Part shown: one piece after another, positions 25,669 to 36,128 of the stretch
Layout: each line of letters begins with the position of its first letter
Numbering within the stretch: the stretch's first letter is position 1
DNA from: a virus
IMG/VR virus record: IMGVR_UViG_3300035682_000017
Coordinates: 1-64,000 of that record
Direction: 5' to 3' (one strand)
DNA length: 64,000 nt
Notes under the pieces: generated by a model
The model's database searches: none
Told to the model about the DNA's origin: nothing
What the model saw: only the letters and a program-made list of their open reading frames with translations
Translations under genes and position numbers: made by a program

Positions 25669-26115
25669 ATGCAAAATCCTAGAAGACTCTTAACTAGAGA
25701 ACCTGTTAAAAATGTTACTACTAATGTTCCAAGTAATTGTTCAGAAGCAGTATCCATGTGTGTAACAGAATTAATGAATGCAGCAGTAAGTTTTCACAAA
25801 CTTCATTTAAAAGTTACTGGTTCCGGATCTTATGCCGCACACAAAGCTTTAAATGAAATATATGATGCTTTACCAGGTCATGCTGATACATTAGTTGAAG
25901 GTTACCAAGGTGCATGTCTTTCACTTATATCCTATAGTGAATGTGCACCAAAAAGTTTAAGCACTGTAGAATCAGGAATTGCTTATGCAATGGAATTAAA
26001 GAATATGATCAATGAACTTCAAAAAGTTATGCCGTATTCTGAAATAGTAAATGACTTAGATTTAGTGAAGTCTAATTTGAATTCACTAATGTATAAGTTA
26101 AAATTTCTTATGTAA
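25669..26115 (+). CDS. Dps/ferritin-like protein (DUF5856-like)
   Basis: HKLHL..TG.GSYAAHKAL.E.YD....AD.LVE.YQG...YKLKFL ferroxidase-type motif. Confidence 0.8.
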   Translation: MQNPRRLLTREPVKNVTTNVPSNCSEAVSMCVTELMNAAVSFHKLHLKVTGSGSYAAHKALNEIYDALPGHADTLVEGYQGACLSLISYSECAPKSLSTVESGIAYAMELKNMINELQKVMPYSEIVNDLDLVKSNLNSLMYKLKFLM

Positions 26116-26134
26116 TCTTTAAACTCAAATAAAA

Positions 26135-26272
26135 ATGGCAATGGCAAAAAAAGCAACTGCAACAAAAGGTGCAGCAGCAAAAGCAAAAGGTGCAAAACTT
26201 CCACCTTGGTTAAAGGAAAAAGCAATTCCTAAGAAAGCAAAAGGAGGTTCAATGAAAAAAGGAGGATGTTAA
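26135..26272 (+). CDS. 45-aa Lys/Ala-rich micro-protein
   Basis: MAMAKKATATKGAAAKAKGAKLPPWLKEKAIPKKAKGGSMKKGGC*. Confidence 0.65.
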   Translation: MAMAKKATATKGAAAKAKGAKLPPWLKEKAIPKKAKGGSMKKGGC

Positions 26273-26335
26273 TTTGTTTTATTAATATTTTTTTTGTATA
26301 TTAAATTATATGTTTATTAATTAAAAGTAAAAAGA

Positions 26336-27832
26336 ATGAGTTATTTTAATCATGCGTACCGTAAATCCTTTTTAGGTACAAAGCCTACATTTAACACTGG
26401 TGGTGTTAGTGTAGAAGATGGATTCTTGCTTACAGCAGGTTTACATACAAGTGAGTTAGCAAAAAATGTACAATTGGGTACAGAAGTTGTTGACAAAAAA
26501 GTTTTTGGTTTTTTCAATCCAGATGATTATTTATCTGTTAACAAAGCATGGGTTACTGCTCATCCTGGAAAACCATTAATTTTAGCATCTACTTCTTTAT
26601 TATCGCAAGATAAAATTGGACCATTCCACGGAGGTTATGCTGAATCAAACAAATCAAAGTTGATCAACCCACGTTATGTAAACAAGTTTTACAAATCAAC
26701 TGGTGCTGATGCTGAACAAAACATTTACCATATTGGTAATACAAACTACTTTACTGCAATTGCTATTACAACTCCAGGTGCTACATTAGCAAATGGTGCG
26801 TTTACAGCGGCTGCTACTACAAGTGGTTCTGGTACAGGATTAACTGTTACAGGTGTTGTTGCTGGTGGTCTTGTTACTTCAGTTAAAATTGCAAACAGAG
26901 GTAACGGTTATAAAACTGGTGATGTTGTTTCATTTACTACAGGTAGTGGTACTGCAGCTACATTTACATTGACTGCAAATTGCAACTTTGAGTTTTATTG
27001 TGGTGAAACTTATAACTTACAAATTAACCTTTGGGGTTCTCCATTGTTACGTTATTTGAATCATGATGCTTACCGTAGATTAGCTGCTTACACTGGATGT
27101 TGTGCTACTGGTACTGCACCAACTCTTGTGAATTCAACTTTGGTAATGATTGATTGGGCTAAACAAATCATGAATGATGTATTCTTGAAAGACTTTATCC
27201 AACCTATCGTTTATACTGAAGCTGGTACTAAGTTGGTTACTTTAGCAGAAATGGATGCTTATGTAGCTACTGCTCCTGCACACGTTGCAAACAAAACTGC
27301 TGGTATCCGTTTAGTTGGTGCTTATGTTGATACAAAGTTCAAAAAATGTTCTTTCCAAAAATCTGATTTTTACGAAAAAGAAATTGTACGTATCAAAGCT
27401 CAATTAGTTGATTTATCTGGAGAATCTTGTTACACACCTTTATGTGTTAATGAAGAAAATCCTGGATTCCAAGGTCAAGGTTATGGTGAAACAGTTCTTA
27501 GAGATTTGATCTTAGATGAGTCTTACTTAACTAACCATTTCCACGATGATCCAAGATTACGTGAGATTAACCAAGGTAATGATATTTATGATGCTGTTGA
27601 TAGAGCAGTTAAATATAACCGTTATGTACTTATTCACTCTGTTCCAAGAGTTAGTAATCCAACTGGTGTATTTGACAATGATCAATATGCATTAACAGTT
27701 TATGTACCAAATACATTTGGAGCAGCTACTGCATTTGAAGAGTTCGTAACAGAATTTTTAGATAAAGCAAATAGTCATGTAACTTTAGAAAGTGATTTAT
27801 CACATGTTGCATATGTACCAGATGCATTATAA
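26336..27832 (+). CDS. Abundant structural protein (auxiliary capsid or tail hub-like)
   Basis: 498 aa; codon bias like the major capsid gene; own promoter and terminator; G/T-rich insertion (GNGYKTGD). Confidence 0.7.
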   Translation: MSYFNHAYRKSFLGTKPTFNTGGVSVEDGFLLTAGLHTSELAKNVQLGTEVVDKKVFGFFNPDDYLSVNKAWVTAHPGKPLILASTSLLSQDKIGPFHGGYAESNKSKLINPRYVNKFYKSTGADAEQNIYHIGNTNYFTAIAITTPGATLANGAFTAAATTSGSGTGLTVTGVVAGGLVTSVKIANRGNGYKTGDVVSFTTGSGTAATFTLTANCNFEFYCGETYNLQINLWGSPLLRYLNHDAYRRLAAYTGCCATGTAPTLVNSTLVMIDWAKQIMNDVFLKDFIQPIVYTEAGTKLVTLAEMDAYVATAPAHVANKTAGIRLVGAYVDTKFKKCSFQKSDFYEKEIVRIKAQLVDLSGESCYTPLCVNEENPGFQGQGYGETVLRDLILDESYLTNHFHDDPRLREINQGNDIYDAVDRAVKYNRYVLIHSVPRVSNPTGVFDNDQYALTVYVPNTFGAATAFEEFVTEFLDKANSHVTLESDLSHVAYVPDAL

Positions 27833-27851
27833 TAAATGTAAATGATTCTCT

Positions 27852-27892
27852 AAAATGGAGAATAGAGTTTTTCTCTGTTCTCCATTTTTTTT
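27852..27892 (+). terminator. Intrinsic terminator
   Basis: AAAATGGAGAATAGAG-tttt-CTCTGTTCTCCATTTT plus T run. Confidence 0.85.
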
Positions 27893-27906
27893 ATAATTTT
27901 GATGCT

Positions 27907-28473
27907 ATGATAACAAACAAACTAAATCTAAATATTCCTGATATTCTTACACCATGTGTTTTAAGAATTGAAGACTTGTCAATTTATAATGAATTGATGC
28001 CTTATGTCTGTCCTACAGTGCAAGTAAAAATACCAGGCTTTGATGAATGTGCAGTTTTTACTCAAGATGGAGATGAAGCAACTACAGTTCATAAAAACTT
28101 TGTTTTAAACTTATCTGCATGTAACTTAGGATTGCAAAGTCAAAACTGTACATCTGAATTTGAAACAATTCCTGATGGTGTTTATACAATCACATACTCT
28201 TTATCTCCTAATGATAAGTTATATGTTGAGTATGATCACTTGAGAGTAACCAACATCAAACTTAGATTAAAAAAAGAATTATGTGAATTAGATCTAGCTG
28301 CTTGTGAACCAAGTGTAGAAGTTTTTGATAAATTAAAACAACTTAATTTAATTAATGACTATCTTGATGCGGCAAAAGCAAAGGTTGAATTCTGTAATGA
28401 TTCAGAAAACGGAGTTATCTTGTATGCTTATGCAGATAAATTATTAAGTGAGTATTCATGTAAATTATATTAA
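27907..28473 (+). CDS. Cys-rich structural protein (tail hub/collar-like)
   Basis: IPDGVYTITYS motif; many Cys; structural gene context. Confidence 0.65.
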   Translation: MITNKLNLNIPDILTPCVLRIEDLSIYNELMPYVCPTVQVKIPGFDECAVFTQDGDEATTVHKNFVLNLSACNLGLQSQNCTSEFETIPDGVYTITYSLSPNDKLYVEYDHLRVTNIKLRLKKELCELDLAACEPSVEVFDKLKQLNLINDYLDAAKAKVEFCNDSENGVILYAYADKLLSEYSCKLY

Positions 28474-28475
28474 TT

Positions 28476-28613
28476 ATGGCTAGAAGTTGTCCAAATTGCG
28501 GAACCTGTACGTGTTCAGGAAGTTATTTAATTACAATGCCAAACAACTTTATTTGTTGTTCAAAGTGTGTTAGTTTGGTTATGGAACAACAAGCAGAATC
28601 TGCTAAAAAATAA
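28476..28613 (+). CDS. 45-aa Cys-rich micro-protein
   Basis: MARSCPNCGTCTCSGS...CCSKC...; 7 Cys; fills the gap between genes. Confidence 0.65.
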   Translation: MARSCPNCGTCTCSGSYLITMPNNFICCSKCVSLVMEQQAESAKK

Positions 28614-28620
28614 AATTATT

Positions 28621-29178
28621 ATGAATTTACCAAGTACATATAGTTCTTCTTTATCTGAAGGCTTAGAATTTTATGGATTGTTTGACTGTGATTCAAAAGA
28701 ACTTTGCACTGTAAATGGTTTTCCAACTGTATTTGTATATGATGGAACATTTAATAAAGATTTAGATCCTGAAAAAATTGTAGGTAAAAAAATGAAAAGT
28801 TTTACTACAATTAATGAAAAGAAAACTGAAGGTTGTTTTAAAATTGAATTAATAGAGTGTGCTGATAACTATGAGATTTTAAATTATAGTGAATTCTTTT
28901 TAGATGCGGAATTTCAATTAACCGTAGATCAGGTTAAAGTATTTCCAACAGTACCTTTTGGTAGAACAATTTATCCTGAAGCAATGTTGCCAAACAATGT
29001 TGATTCTGGAAAAGCTTTAAAAATAATGACTTCTTTTTCAATAGCAATGCAGCAAAAATATTTGCAAACTATATTGGGAATAAAGATGTGTTGCGGTGAA
29101 GATCATTTAAAAGCTAGATTAAAACATCAAATTTTAAAACTAGATTTAATAGATGGCTCAAAAATGTGCTGTCCATAG
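28621..29178 (+). CDS. Hypothetical structural protein
   Basis: ATG at 28621 (MNLPSTY); Cys pairs near the C-terminus. Confidence 0.7.
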   Translation: MNLPSTYSSSLSEGLEFYGLFDCDSKELCTVNGFPTVFVYDGTFNKDLDPEKIVGKKMKSFTTINEKKTEGCFKIELIECADNYEILNYSEFFLDAEFQLTVDQVKVFPTVPFGRTIYPEAMLPNNVDSGKALKIMTSFSIAMQQKYLQTILGIKMCCGEDHLKARLKHQILKLDLIDGSKMCCP

Positions 29179-29223
29179 ATGAATTAAGTTGCTATTTTGT
29201 AAAAAATTTATTATATTATAAGT

Positions 29224-29739
29224 ATGAGTATGTTTCCTAAAAATATAAAACCAGACGGATGTGTTCCAACATCAAGCAAATGTGTTATTTGGCAAGGTCC
29301 GGATATTCCATTTTTAAAATTATGTAAAGGAGATAGCATCAATGAAGTGATTGCTGGAATAGCAAATAAAATATGTCTTATCATGGAACAAATGAATCCA
29401 AGCAATTTGGATTTTTCTTGTTTAGATTTAACTGACTGTCCACCAAAAACTTTTAATGAGTTATTTCAAATAATTATTGAAGAGATCTGTTTATTAAAAC
29501 AAGCAACATCTGAACCTTTAACATCTGAAAATATATTAGATGTGGAAGTTGGAGTTGCAGCATGTATACAAGGACTTGCTGGTGGAGCTTTTGTTCCAGT
29601 TGATGTTGCAATAGCAGCTATTGGACAATTTGTTTGTAATCAAAAAGCTGAAATTACTCAATTAAATGCTACGATTTCTAACATCACTTCTAAAGTGAGT
29701 ACATTAGAATCAACTGTTAACGCAATAACTGGAGGATAA
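29224..29739 (+). CDS. Cys-rich coiled-coil fibre-associated protein
   Basis: SSKCVIWQGPDI N-terminal motif; C-terminal coiled coil. Confidence 0.7.
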   Translation: MSMFPKNIKPDGCVPTSSKCVIWQGPDIPFLKLCKGDSINEVIAGIANKICLIMEQMNPSNLDFSCLDLTDCPPKTFNELFQIIIEEICLLKQATSEPLTSENILDVEVGVAACIQGLAGGAFVPVDVAIAAIGQFVCNQKAEITQLNATISNITSKVSTLESTVNAITGG

Positions 29740-29740
29740 T

Positions 29741-31222
29741 ATGATTTGTGAAAAAGAAAATAGCTTACCTTGTGATATAAGTTTATGTATCAATCCTGTT
29801 AGTTACTTAATGGGGTTGGTTTATAATGTTGTACAAGATATGGATTCAAGCACCACTACTGTTTATAAAGATGCTTTTGATGCGGTAATGGTTAGTGATG
29901 GTATTATTTTATCAAATGCTTCTGGTAAATATTGTTGCCCTGATTGTAATACTGAAAATGGTTTTTATTTTTTAGGAGATTTTGCTGAATTTCAAAGTAT
30001 TGTAACTTTTGATGGATTAGGTAATGATAAACCTCAACATCATGAATTAGGATTTGATAGAGATAGACTCTTTGGTTGTTGTGTAAATAGTGCATTACAA
30101 CAAGATGAACACGTTACTTATAAAGATGATTTGTTTCTTAACACTACTAATAAAGCAGTTTGTTATGGTTACGGTTATCATTATAATTTTGTTTCTATAA
30201 GTTATCCTGGTTACAATATTGCTAATCCTGTTAATGGTTGGAAAGTTCCAACAGAAGCAGAGGCATTACAATTAGTTAATTATATTGGTGGTAGTGCAGA
30301 AGCTGGTGGTAAACTAAAAGAAAAAAGAGGCGGTTTAAATGCATATCAGCATTGGAGTGGTGGAAACATTGGTGGAATTAATAAATATAATTTTAGTGCA
30401 TTAGGTAGCGGTTATATTGATTATTTAGGTGGTGAGCATGATCTTAAACAAGAGTTTAATATGTGGACAACTACAATTGATTCTGCAAATACTACTCAAG
30501 CTATAGTTTTAAATTTAACTACTGGTCAAACAACTTCTAATTTTATTAGTAGGGATAAACGTGAAGGACTTTCTGTTAGATTAGTAAGAGTTGCTACAGC
30601 AATTGAATTATTGTTAGCTGACGGTACTACATCTGAAAGTAATCCAACTGAATTATCCGCTTATGTTGGAAATGATGGAAAAGTTTATACTACTACAAAA
30701 ATTGGTAATCAAATTTGGTTAGCTGAAAATTTAGCAGAAACTTATTTTTCAAATGGAAGTAGTATTAGTTATGCATCTAATTCTAACATTTGGATAAATA
30801 TCAATACTAACTTTTCAGCTTATATTAAATTTGATGTAAGCAGTTATGATCCAATTGATGTTTTATTAAAAAAATCTCCTTGTTTTGATTTATTTGACAA
30901 AACACCTCCTTGTTGTAAAACAAACTTTAATGAAAGTTATCAAAGACTTTTATATGATACTGATTTAGATTTAACTACTTCTGCTAATGATTCTACTGGT
31001 TTCAGTTTAATTGAAGGAAGTAGTTTTAATTTAAGAAGTGGTTTAGGTATTATGTTGGATAGTTTAAAAAGATTGGATCCAAATGTTACTAAAGCTCAAA
31101 TGGCTGAATTTTTTCAAGCTTTTTTAGGTGAAGAATCACTAGTAATTAAATGTATTGGATGTGATATTCACATTTATACTGGTGCAGGATATAGAAATTA
31201 TTTACAAGATAAAAACATTTAA
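29741..31222 (+). CDS. Structural protein with a circularly permuted FISUMP (Fib_succ_major) domain
   Basis: YG..YN, GWKVPT.AE, AGGKLKE, FSALGSG and GLSVRLV precede DGKVYTTTKIGNQIWLAENL. Confidence 0.75.
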   Translation: MICEKENSLPCDISLCINPVSYLMGLVYNVVQDMDSSTTTVYKDAFDAVMVSDGIILSNASGKYCCPDCNTENGFYFLGDFAEFQSIVTFDGLGNDKPQHHELGFDRDRLFGCCVNSALQQDEHVTYKDDLFLNTTNKAVCYGYGYHYNFVSISYPGYNIANPVNGWKVPTEAEALQLVNYIGGSAEAGGKLKEKRGGLNAYQHWSGGNIGGINKYNFSALGSGYIDYLGGEHDLKQEFNMWTTTIDSANTTQAIVLNLTTGQTTSNFISRDKREGLSVRLVRVATAIELLLADGTTSESNPTELSAYVGNDGKVYTTTKIGNQIWLAENLAETYFSNGSSISYASNSNIWININTNFSAYIKFDVSSYDPIDVLLKKSPCFDLFDKTPPCCKTNFNESYQRLLYDTDLDLTTSANDSTGFSLIEGSSFNLRSGLGIMLDSLKRLDPNVTKAQMAEFFQAFLGEESLVIKCIGCDIHIYTGAGYRNYLQDKNI

Positions 31223-31227
31223 TAATT

Positions 31228-33051
31228 ATGAGTTGTCCAAGTTGCAATGAAAATAGTAATGGAACTTTAGAAAATGTTCCATGTGAAAGTTGTGGTGCAC
31301 CAAACTGTGCAACACCACAACCATGTCCAGAAATTATTCCTACAGATTGTGTAATATACACTGGTGATGATAAAGAATGTCATGATGATTTAGTTTATGA
31401 AAAAAATGATTCATTAGGTACAGTACAAAGTAAGATTACAGATTACTTCTGCGAAAAGGTATTTACTCCTTCTGCTAAAGTGGTAAACTTACCAACACAA
31501 AATATTACTGTGTATGGAGCTGGAGTGCCATTATCAGATGCTATAAGTTCTGTTGTTAATTGGGCTCAAACTTTAATCAATGCTATACCAACTGGAGCTA
31601 ATATTATTTCAATTTCACATTCTGATTTAAAAAATCTTGAAACTACAAGTAGTTTTTCACCAGGACAATGGTATAAGATTATAAATTTTAAAACAATATA
31701 TGAACAACCTTCATATATAGGTTCAGCATCAGTTACAAATTCTCCAGAATTAAAAACAGATTCTCCAGTACAACCAATCATTGTATTTGCTACTGCTAAT
31801 AACAAATTAGCATCTTTTGCATTTCAACCTGATTTTCCTGAAGATGTTTTATTTTATGAATTAAACTATTCAACTCCTGTTTTAAATCAAAGCACTTTAG
31901 GTAGAATTATTTACAGAAAGGATGATAAAGGAAATGAATGTTCTTGGGATTTTAGAAATGTTAAGTTTAAAAGATACCAGGATACAGTAAGTAATTTATA
32001 TACAAGTGTATTTGATACTGGAAATAATAACTTTATTGAACAAACTATTTTTGGAAATAATTATACAGATTGTTTCAATAATTCAATTTTAATTAATAAA
32101 AATTTTAGTACTTCTGATGCTCCTTTAACTGGAGCAACAACTATTGGATTTGATTTACCAAATATTGTATTCTTTGCTAAATGTCAGAATATTGAATTAA
32201 TTGGTATACATAGAAATATAACTGTTAATGCAAATAAATGTATCAATTTATCAAATAGATATAGAATGATTGATGCAGTTATTTACGGAACAAACAATAG
32301 TGATGTAACTAATAATTATTTTGAAGATGTTATTAATCTTTATTTAGAAGGTATTGGAATTAATCATAACAGTTTTGAAAATCATGCACATGGCGTAACT
32401 ATAAAATCATATAATGGTATTTTTAAAAATGAAATAACTTATTTTGAAAATTCTAGTATTACATGTTATGAATTTAATCAAAACAACTTTGGTTATATTA
32501 ACGCTGTAACTGCAAATCTAAACAATGGAGTTATGTCATATAACAAAATTGAAAACTTTTTAAGTAACACTTTAACAACATCATTTAAAAATAATGTATT
32601 TATTGATTTTAGTGATAATTTATTAGATGGAACAGGTTCTTGGTTTGGTAATAAAGGTATTTTATTTACTAGTAATACTACTTCAGGAAGTTGTCAAAAT
32701 AATGACTTTGGTCCTAAATTTTCATCAAACACACTTGATGTAAACTTTGGTAGAAAATCTAGTACAAATGAATGGCTTGGAAATGTTTTTTTAAGCATTG
32801 CATCTGGTAATACTATTGGAGCTGCTTTTTATGGAAATAATTTACAAAGACTTTTTAAAGACAATGTTATATTTTCAGGATTTAAAAATAATGATGTAGC
32901 TTTAGAACTTAGTGCAATTACTTTTAGTAATATGACTGGTCATGTGTATAAAGATTATACAACCAAGTTAATTAAAAATTCAGCTAACATTCAAAGGTTA
33001 TCATATTATGATCAGTATGATGCTGAACAAACAGTAAACATAACAGATTAA
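31228..33051 (+). CDS. Tail fibre/spike with Asn-rich beta-helix
   Basis: Cys-rich N-terminus, WDFRNVKFKRY motif, and about 11-residue F.N.N repeats. Confidence 0.75.
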   Translation: MSCPSCNENSNGTLENVPCESCGAPNCATPQPCPEIIPTDCVIYTGDDKECHDDLVYEKNDSLGTVQSKITDYFCEKVFTPSAKVVNLPTQNITVYGAGVPLSDAISSVVNWAQTLINAIPTGANIISISHSDLKNLETTSSFSPGQWYKIINFKTIYEQPSYIGSASVTNSPELKTDSPVQPIIVFATANNKLASFAFQPDFPEDVLFYELNYSTPVLNQSTLGRIIYRKDDKGNECSWDFRNVKFKRYQDTVSNLYTSVFDTGNNNFIEQTIFGNNYTDCFNNSILINKNFSTSDAPLTGATTIGFDLPNIVFFAKCQNIELIGIHRNITVNANKCINLSNRYRMIDAVIYGTNNSDVTNNYFEDVINLYLEGIGINHNSFENHAHGVTIKSYNGIFKNEITYFENSSITCYEFNQNNFGYINAVTANLNNGVMSYNKIENFLSNTLTTSFKNNVFIDFSDNLLDGTGSWFGNKGILFTSNTTSGSCQNNDFGPKFSSNTLDVNFGRKSSTNEWLGNVFLSIASGNTIGAAFYGNNLQRLFKDNVIFSGFKNNDVALELSAITFSNMTGHVYKDYTTKLIKNSANIQRLSYYDQYDAEQTVNITD

Positions 33052-33062
33052 ATTTAAAAAAA

Positions 33063-34871
33063 ATGAGTATATTAAGTAATTCAAGTCTTCAATTAGTTAG
33101 AGTAACTAGCGTAGCTGATCTACCAGTTCTTGGTACTGCAGAATTTGTAATGTACTGTATAGATAATGGTACAGATCCAGAAGAATATAAAATTTGGAGA
33201 GGTGGTTCTTGGGAAACTGTATTTGTTACAGGAGGTGCTGGTGCAGATGGAGCTGATGGAGTTGATGGATCTGATGGTAACACAATATTAAATGGAGGTG
33301 CTGCACCAATTGCAGGTATTGGTGTTGATGGTGACTTTTATCTTGATACTGTTACTAATACAATTTTTGGACCAAAGGTTGGAAGTAGTTGGGGTACTGG
33401 AACATCGTTAAACGGTCCTACTGGTGCACAAGGTCCTACTGGTGCACAAGGTCCTACTGGAGCAACTGGTCCTCAAGGTACGCCTGGTATATCTCCAGCT
33501 GGTTTAGCATTCAAAGGACTTTACAACCCAGCAACAACTTATGTTGATGATGATGTTGTAAGTTATAATGGAAGTTCTTATTGGGTATGGAATGGTCCAG
33601 TTACTGGAGTTATTCCAACATTCAATGGTGCTCAATGGGCTTTATTAGCAACTCAAGGTGCTACTGGTGCAGCTGGACCTACCGGACCTACCGGACCTAC
33701 TGGTCTTACTGGTCCTGCAGGAACTAATGGAACTAATGGTGCTCCAGGTACTAATGGTACTAATGGAGCAAGAGGTGCATTTGCATCTAATGCTTTAATT
33801 TATCAAAATGGTACTTATACTAATGCTGGTGCTGCTGGATTTGGTGCTACTCTTATGAGTTCAATAGCTCAATTAGGTATGAATAAAACAGCTATGTCTG
33901 GATATTCTGGAACCGTAGGTACTACAAATAATGCTTCAGCATGGTTGGCTTCAATTGCAATAGATGATCTTATACAAGTAGTTGATATAAATGACTCAAC
34001 AATATCTGGTATTTTTAAAGTAACATCTATACTAGCTAATCCAACTCATATTGTTTTTAATGTTCAATTTCTTTTTGGTAGTGGAACTATAGGAAACAAT
34101 GTAACTCTTGCAATTTCTTATTCTAAAAAAGGAGCAACAGGAGCAACTGGAGCTACTGGAGCTGCATCAACTGTAGCTGGTCCAACTGGTCTTACTGGTG
34201 CGGCTGGAGCAAATGGAGCAAATGGAGCAAATGGTAAAACAATTTTAACTGGTTCAACTTCTCCATCTGGAGGAACGGATGGTGATTTTTATTTAACAAC
34301 TGATTGGAAAATATTTGGTCCTAAAGTGTCTGGATCTTGGCCTGCAACGGGAACTCAATTAAGTAACCCATGGGAAATGCCTTTAAAAACAACTGCTCAA
34401 AGATTAGCAATACCTTTAAGTAATTCTAATTTAGGGTATCAAGTTTATGATTTAGACACTTATGGAGTTTATACTGTTGTAAAAACAGGAACCGAATATA
34501 ATACTAATGCAGGAATTGTTTTAGAAACATTTGGTTGGAGATGTCCAACTATTCCTGACACATATACGCTTACAACAGATTTTGCAATTACTCCAGGGTA
34601 TAATGGTTCTATAATATATTGCACTAATACAAGTGCAATTACAATTTATACACTGCCTGCTTTTTTTGGTGTTGAAGAAGCAAGTACTGGTTTTTCTTGT
34701 ATTATAGTTAGACAAGGTGTAGGAGAAGTTACTTTTTTTGGTGGTAATCAATTTAGTTCTGAAAATTTATATTCAACTAATGCAGAGAAAAAATTACGTG
34801 TTCAATATTCATTTGCTACTTTAACTAAAAAAGGAAATGATTGGTTTTTAGGTGGTGATTTAAAAGTATAA
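33063..34871 (+). CDS. Collagen-like fibre protein
   Basis: Several (G-X-Y)n tracts; repeated G.DGDFYL...IFGPK..GSW modules. Confidence 0.85.
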   Translation: MSILSNSSLQLVRVTSVADLPVLGTAEFVMYCIDNGTDPEEYKIWRGGSWETVFVTGGAGADGADGVDGSDGNTILNGGAAPIAGIGVDGDFYLDTVTNTIFGPKVGSSWGTGTSLNGPTGAQGPTGAQGPTGATGPQGTPGISPAGLAFKGLYNPATTYVDDDVVSYNGSSYWVWNGPVTGVIPTFNGAQWALLATQGATGAAGPTGPTGPTGLTGPAGTNGTNGAPGTNGTNGARGAFASNALIYQNGTYTNAGAAGFGATLMSSIAQLGMNKTAMSGYSGTVGTTNNASAWLASIAIDDLIQVVDINDSTISGIFKVTSILANPTHIVFNVQFLFGSGTIGNNVTLAISYSKKGATGATGATGAASTVAGPTGLTGAAGANGANGANGKTILTGSTSPSGGTDGDFYLTTDWKIFGPKVSGSWPATGTQLSNPWEMPLKTTAQRLAIPLSNSNLGYQVYDLDTYGVYTVVKTGTEYNTNAGIVLETFGWRCPTIPDTYTLTTDFAITPGYNGSIIYCTNTSAITIYTLPAFFGVEEASTGFSCIIVRQGVGEVTFFGGNQFSSENLYSTNAEKKLRVQYSFATLTKKGNDWFLGGDLKV

Positions 34872-34873
34872 TT

Positions 34874-35476
34874 ATGATAAGTTCTATTGGAATATTAAGA
34901 CATAAGGTTGTTGATCCAGGACCACCTGTTACAGGACAAGTTTTACAAATTGGTACAGGTACATCGTTGGTGTATTATGCTCCAAATAATTATAGTTTTA
35001 AATATTCAAAATCTGCTTTTATCTGGACTGCTGCAGAAATGGGTGCTGCTAAAACCATTAACAATCTTCTCTTTTATCTTAGAAGTTATGGTGCATTTCC
35101 AAATTTTTCAATGCAAACATTAAAAATAGGACATGTTGCACAATCTTCTTTTGCTACAAGTAATCCTCCAATTAATTTATCAGATTTAACTATATCAGAT
35201 TTAACTACGGTTAAAAGTAATTTTACATATTTTTTTAATCAAAATAATTTATGGTGGCCCGTTATTTTTGATACAAATTTTGTTTACAATGGTACTTCAA
35301 ATTTAATATTAATTTGGGAACATGATGCTAATGATTGGGTTTCAACAGCTGGTGGAGCAGATGGTGAAACTCAAGCAAATAAAGGAATAACTGCTGGAAG
35401 TATGACAAGTGCTTCAACAATACCTGCAGTTGGAACTATACTTACAAAAAGACCAAATATTAAAATTGGTTATTAA
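34874..35476 (+). CDS. Fibre tip / receptor-binding-like protein
   Basis: Beta-rich; YSKSAFIWTAAEM...FDTNFVYNGTSNLIL...RPNIKI resembles Bacteroidota surface-protein domains. Confidence 0.6.
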   Translation: MISSIGILRHKVVDPGPPVTGQVLQIGTGTSLVYYAPNNYSFKYSKSAFIWTAAEMGAAKTINNLLFYLRSYGAFPNFSMQTLKIGHVAQSSFATSNPPINLSDLTISDLTTVKSNFTYFFNQNNLWWPVIFDTNFVYNGTSNLILIWEHDANDWVSTAGGADGETQANKGITAGSMTSASTIPAVGTILTKRPNIKIGY

Positions 35477-35496
35477 CTTTATAAAAAATATTTACA

Positions 35497-36126
35497 ATGG
35501 GTTGTAATGAAGATTTAAAATGTAATGATGACATAAGAGGTCAACGTGGACCCAGAGGTTATCAAGGTGAAAAAGGAATTAAAGGTGATGGAGGTTCTAA
35601 TGGTTCTAATGGCCCAGCTGGTCCTGTTGGTCCTCCTGGCCCTGTAGGCCCTGTTGGTCCTGTAGGTCCACAAGGAACTCCTGGTGATAAGGGAGAACCT
35701 GGTGATCCTGGACCTGCAGGACCTCCTGGTACTTCTGGAAATCCTGGTACAGATGGTAATGCTGGTGCTGCCGGTTCAAATGGTGCGGATGGTACTCCTG
35801 GTGATGCTGGAAAAGATGGAAACTATACTGCTGGTATTTATGATGAGTCATTAGGTGAACAACAACAAGGTGGAACAATCCTTACTGTTTATAATGGTGA
35901 AACAAATCAACCTGAAAGTAGATTTGAAATTTTAAATGGAATTGATGGAAAATCTGGTAGAGGGGTTGCTGTATTTGTACAAGGTACACAACCAACCGAT
36001 GCAGATCTTATTACCCAGTATGATCAAATTCCTGGATTCACTGTACAACAATTAAATATAAGTGGTCTTTTTCAAGCAGACCAACTAAGAGCTGGTGATA
36101 TTTGGATTAAACCTGAACAACCTTAA
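35497..36126 (+). CDS. Collagen-like protein
   Basis: Continuous G-X-Y run of about 30 triplets; ends GDIWI. Confidence 0.85.
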   Translation: MGCNEDLKCNDDIRGQRGPRGYQGEKGIKGDGGSNGSNGPAGPVGPPGPVGPVGPVGPQGTPGDKGEPGDPGPAGPPGTSGNPGTDGNAGAAGSNGADGTPGDAGKDGNYTAGIYDESLGEQQQGGTILTVYNGETNQPESRFEILNGIDGKSGRGVAVFVQGTQPTDADLITQYDQIPGFTVQQLNISGLFQADQLRAGDIWIKPEQP

Positions 36127-36128
36127 TT

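Noticed and set aside
33413-35820. Tandem 9- and 18-bp DNA repeats (GGTCCTACTGGTGCACAA and similar)
   Set aside because: Fully explained by collagen G-X-Y coding.
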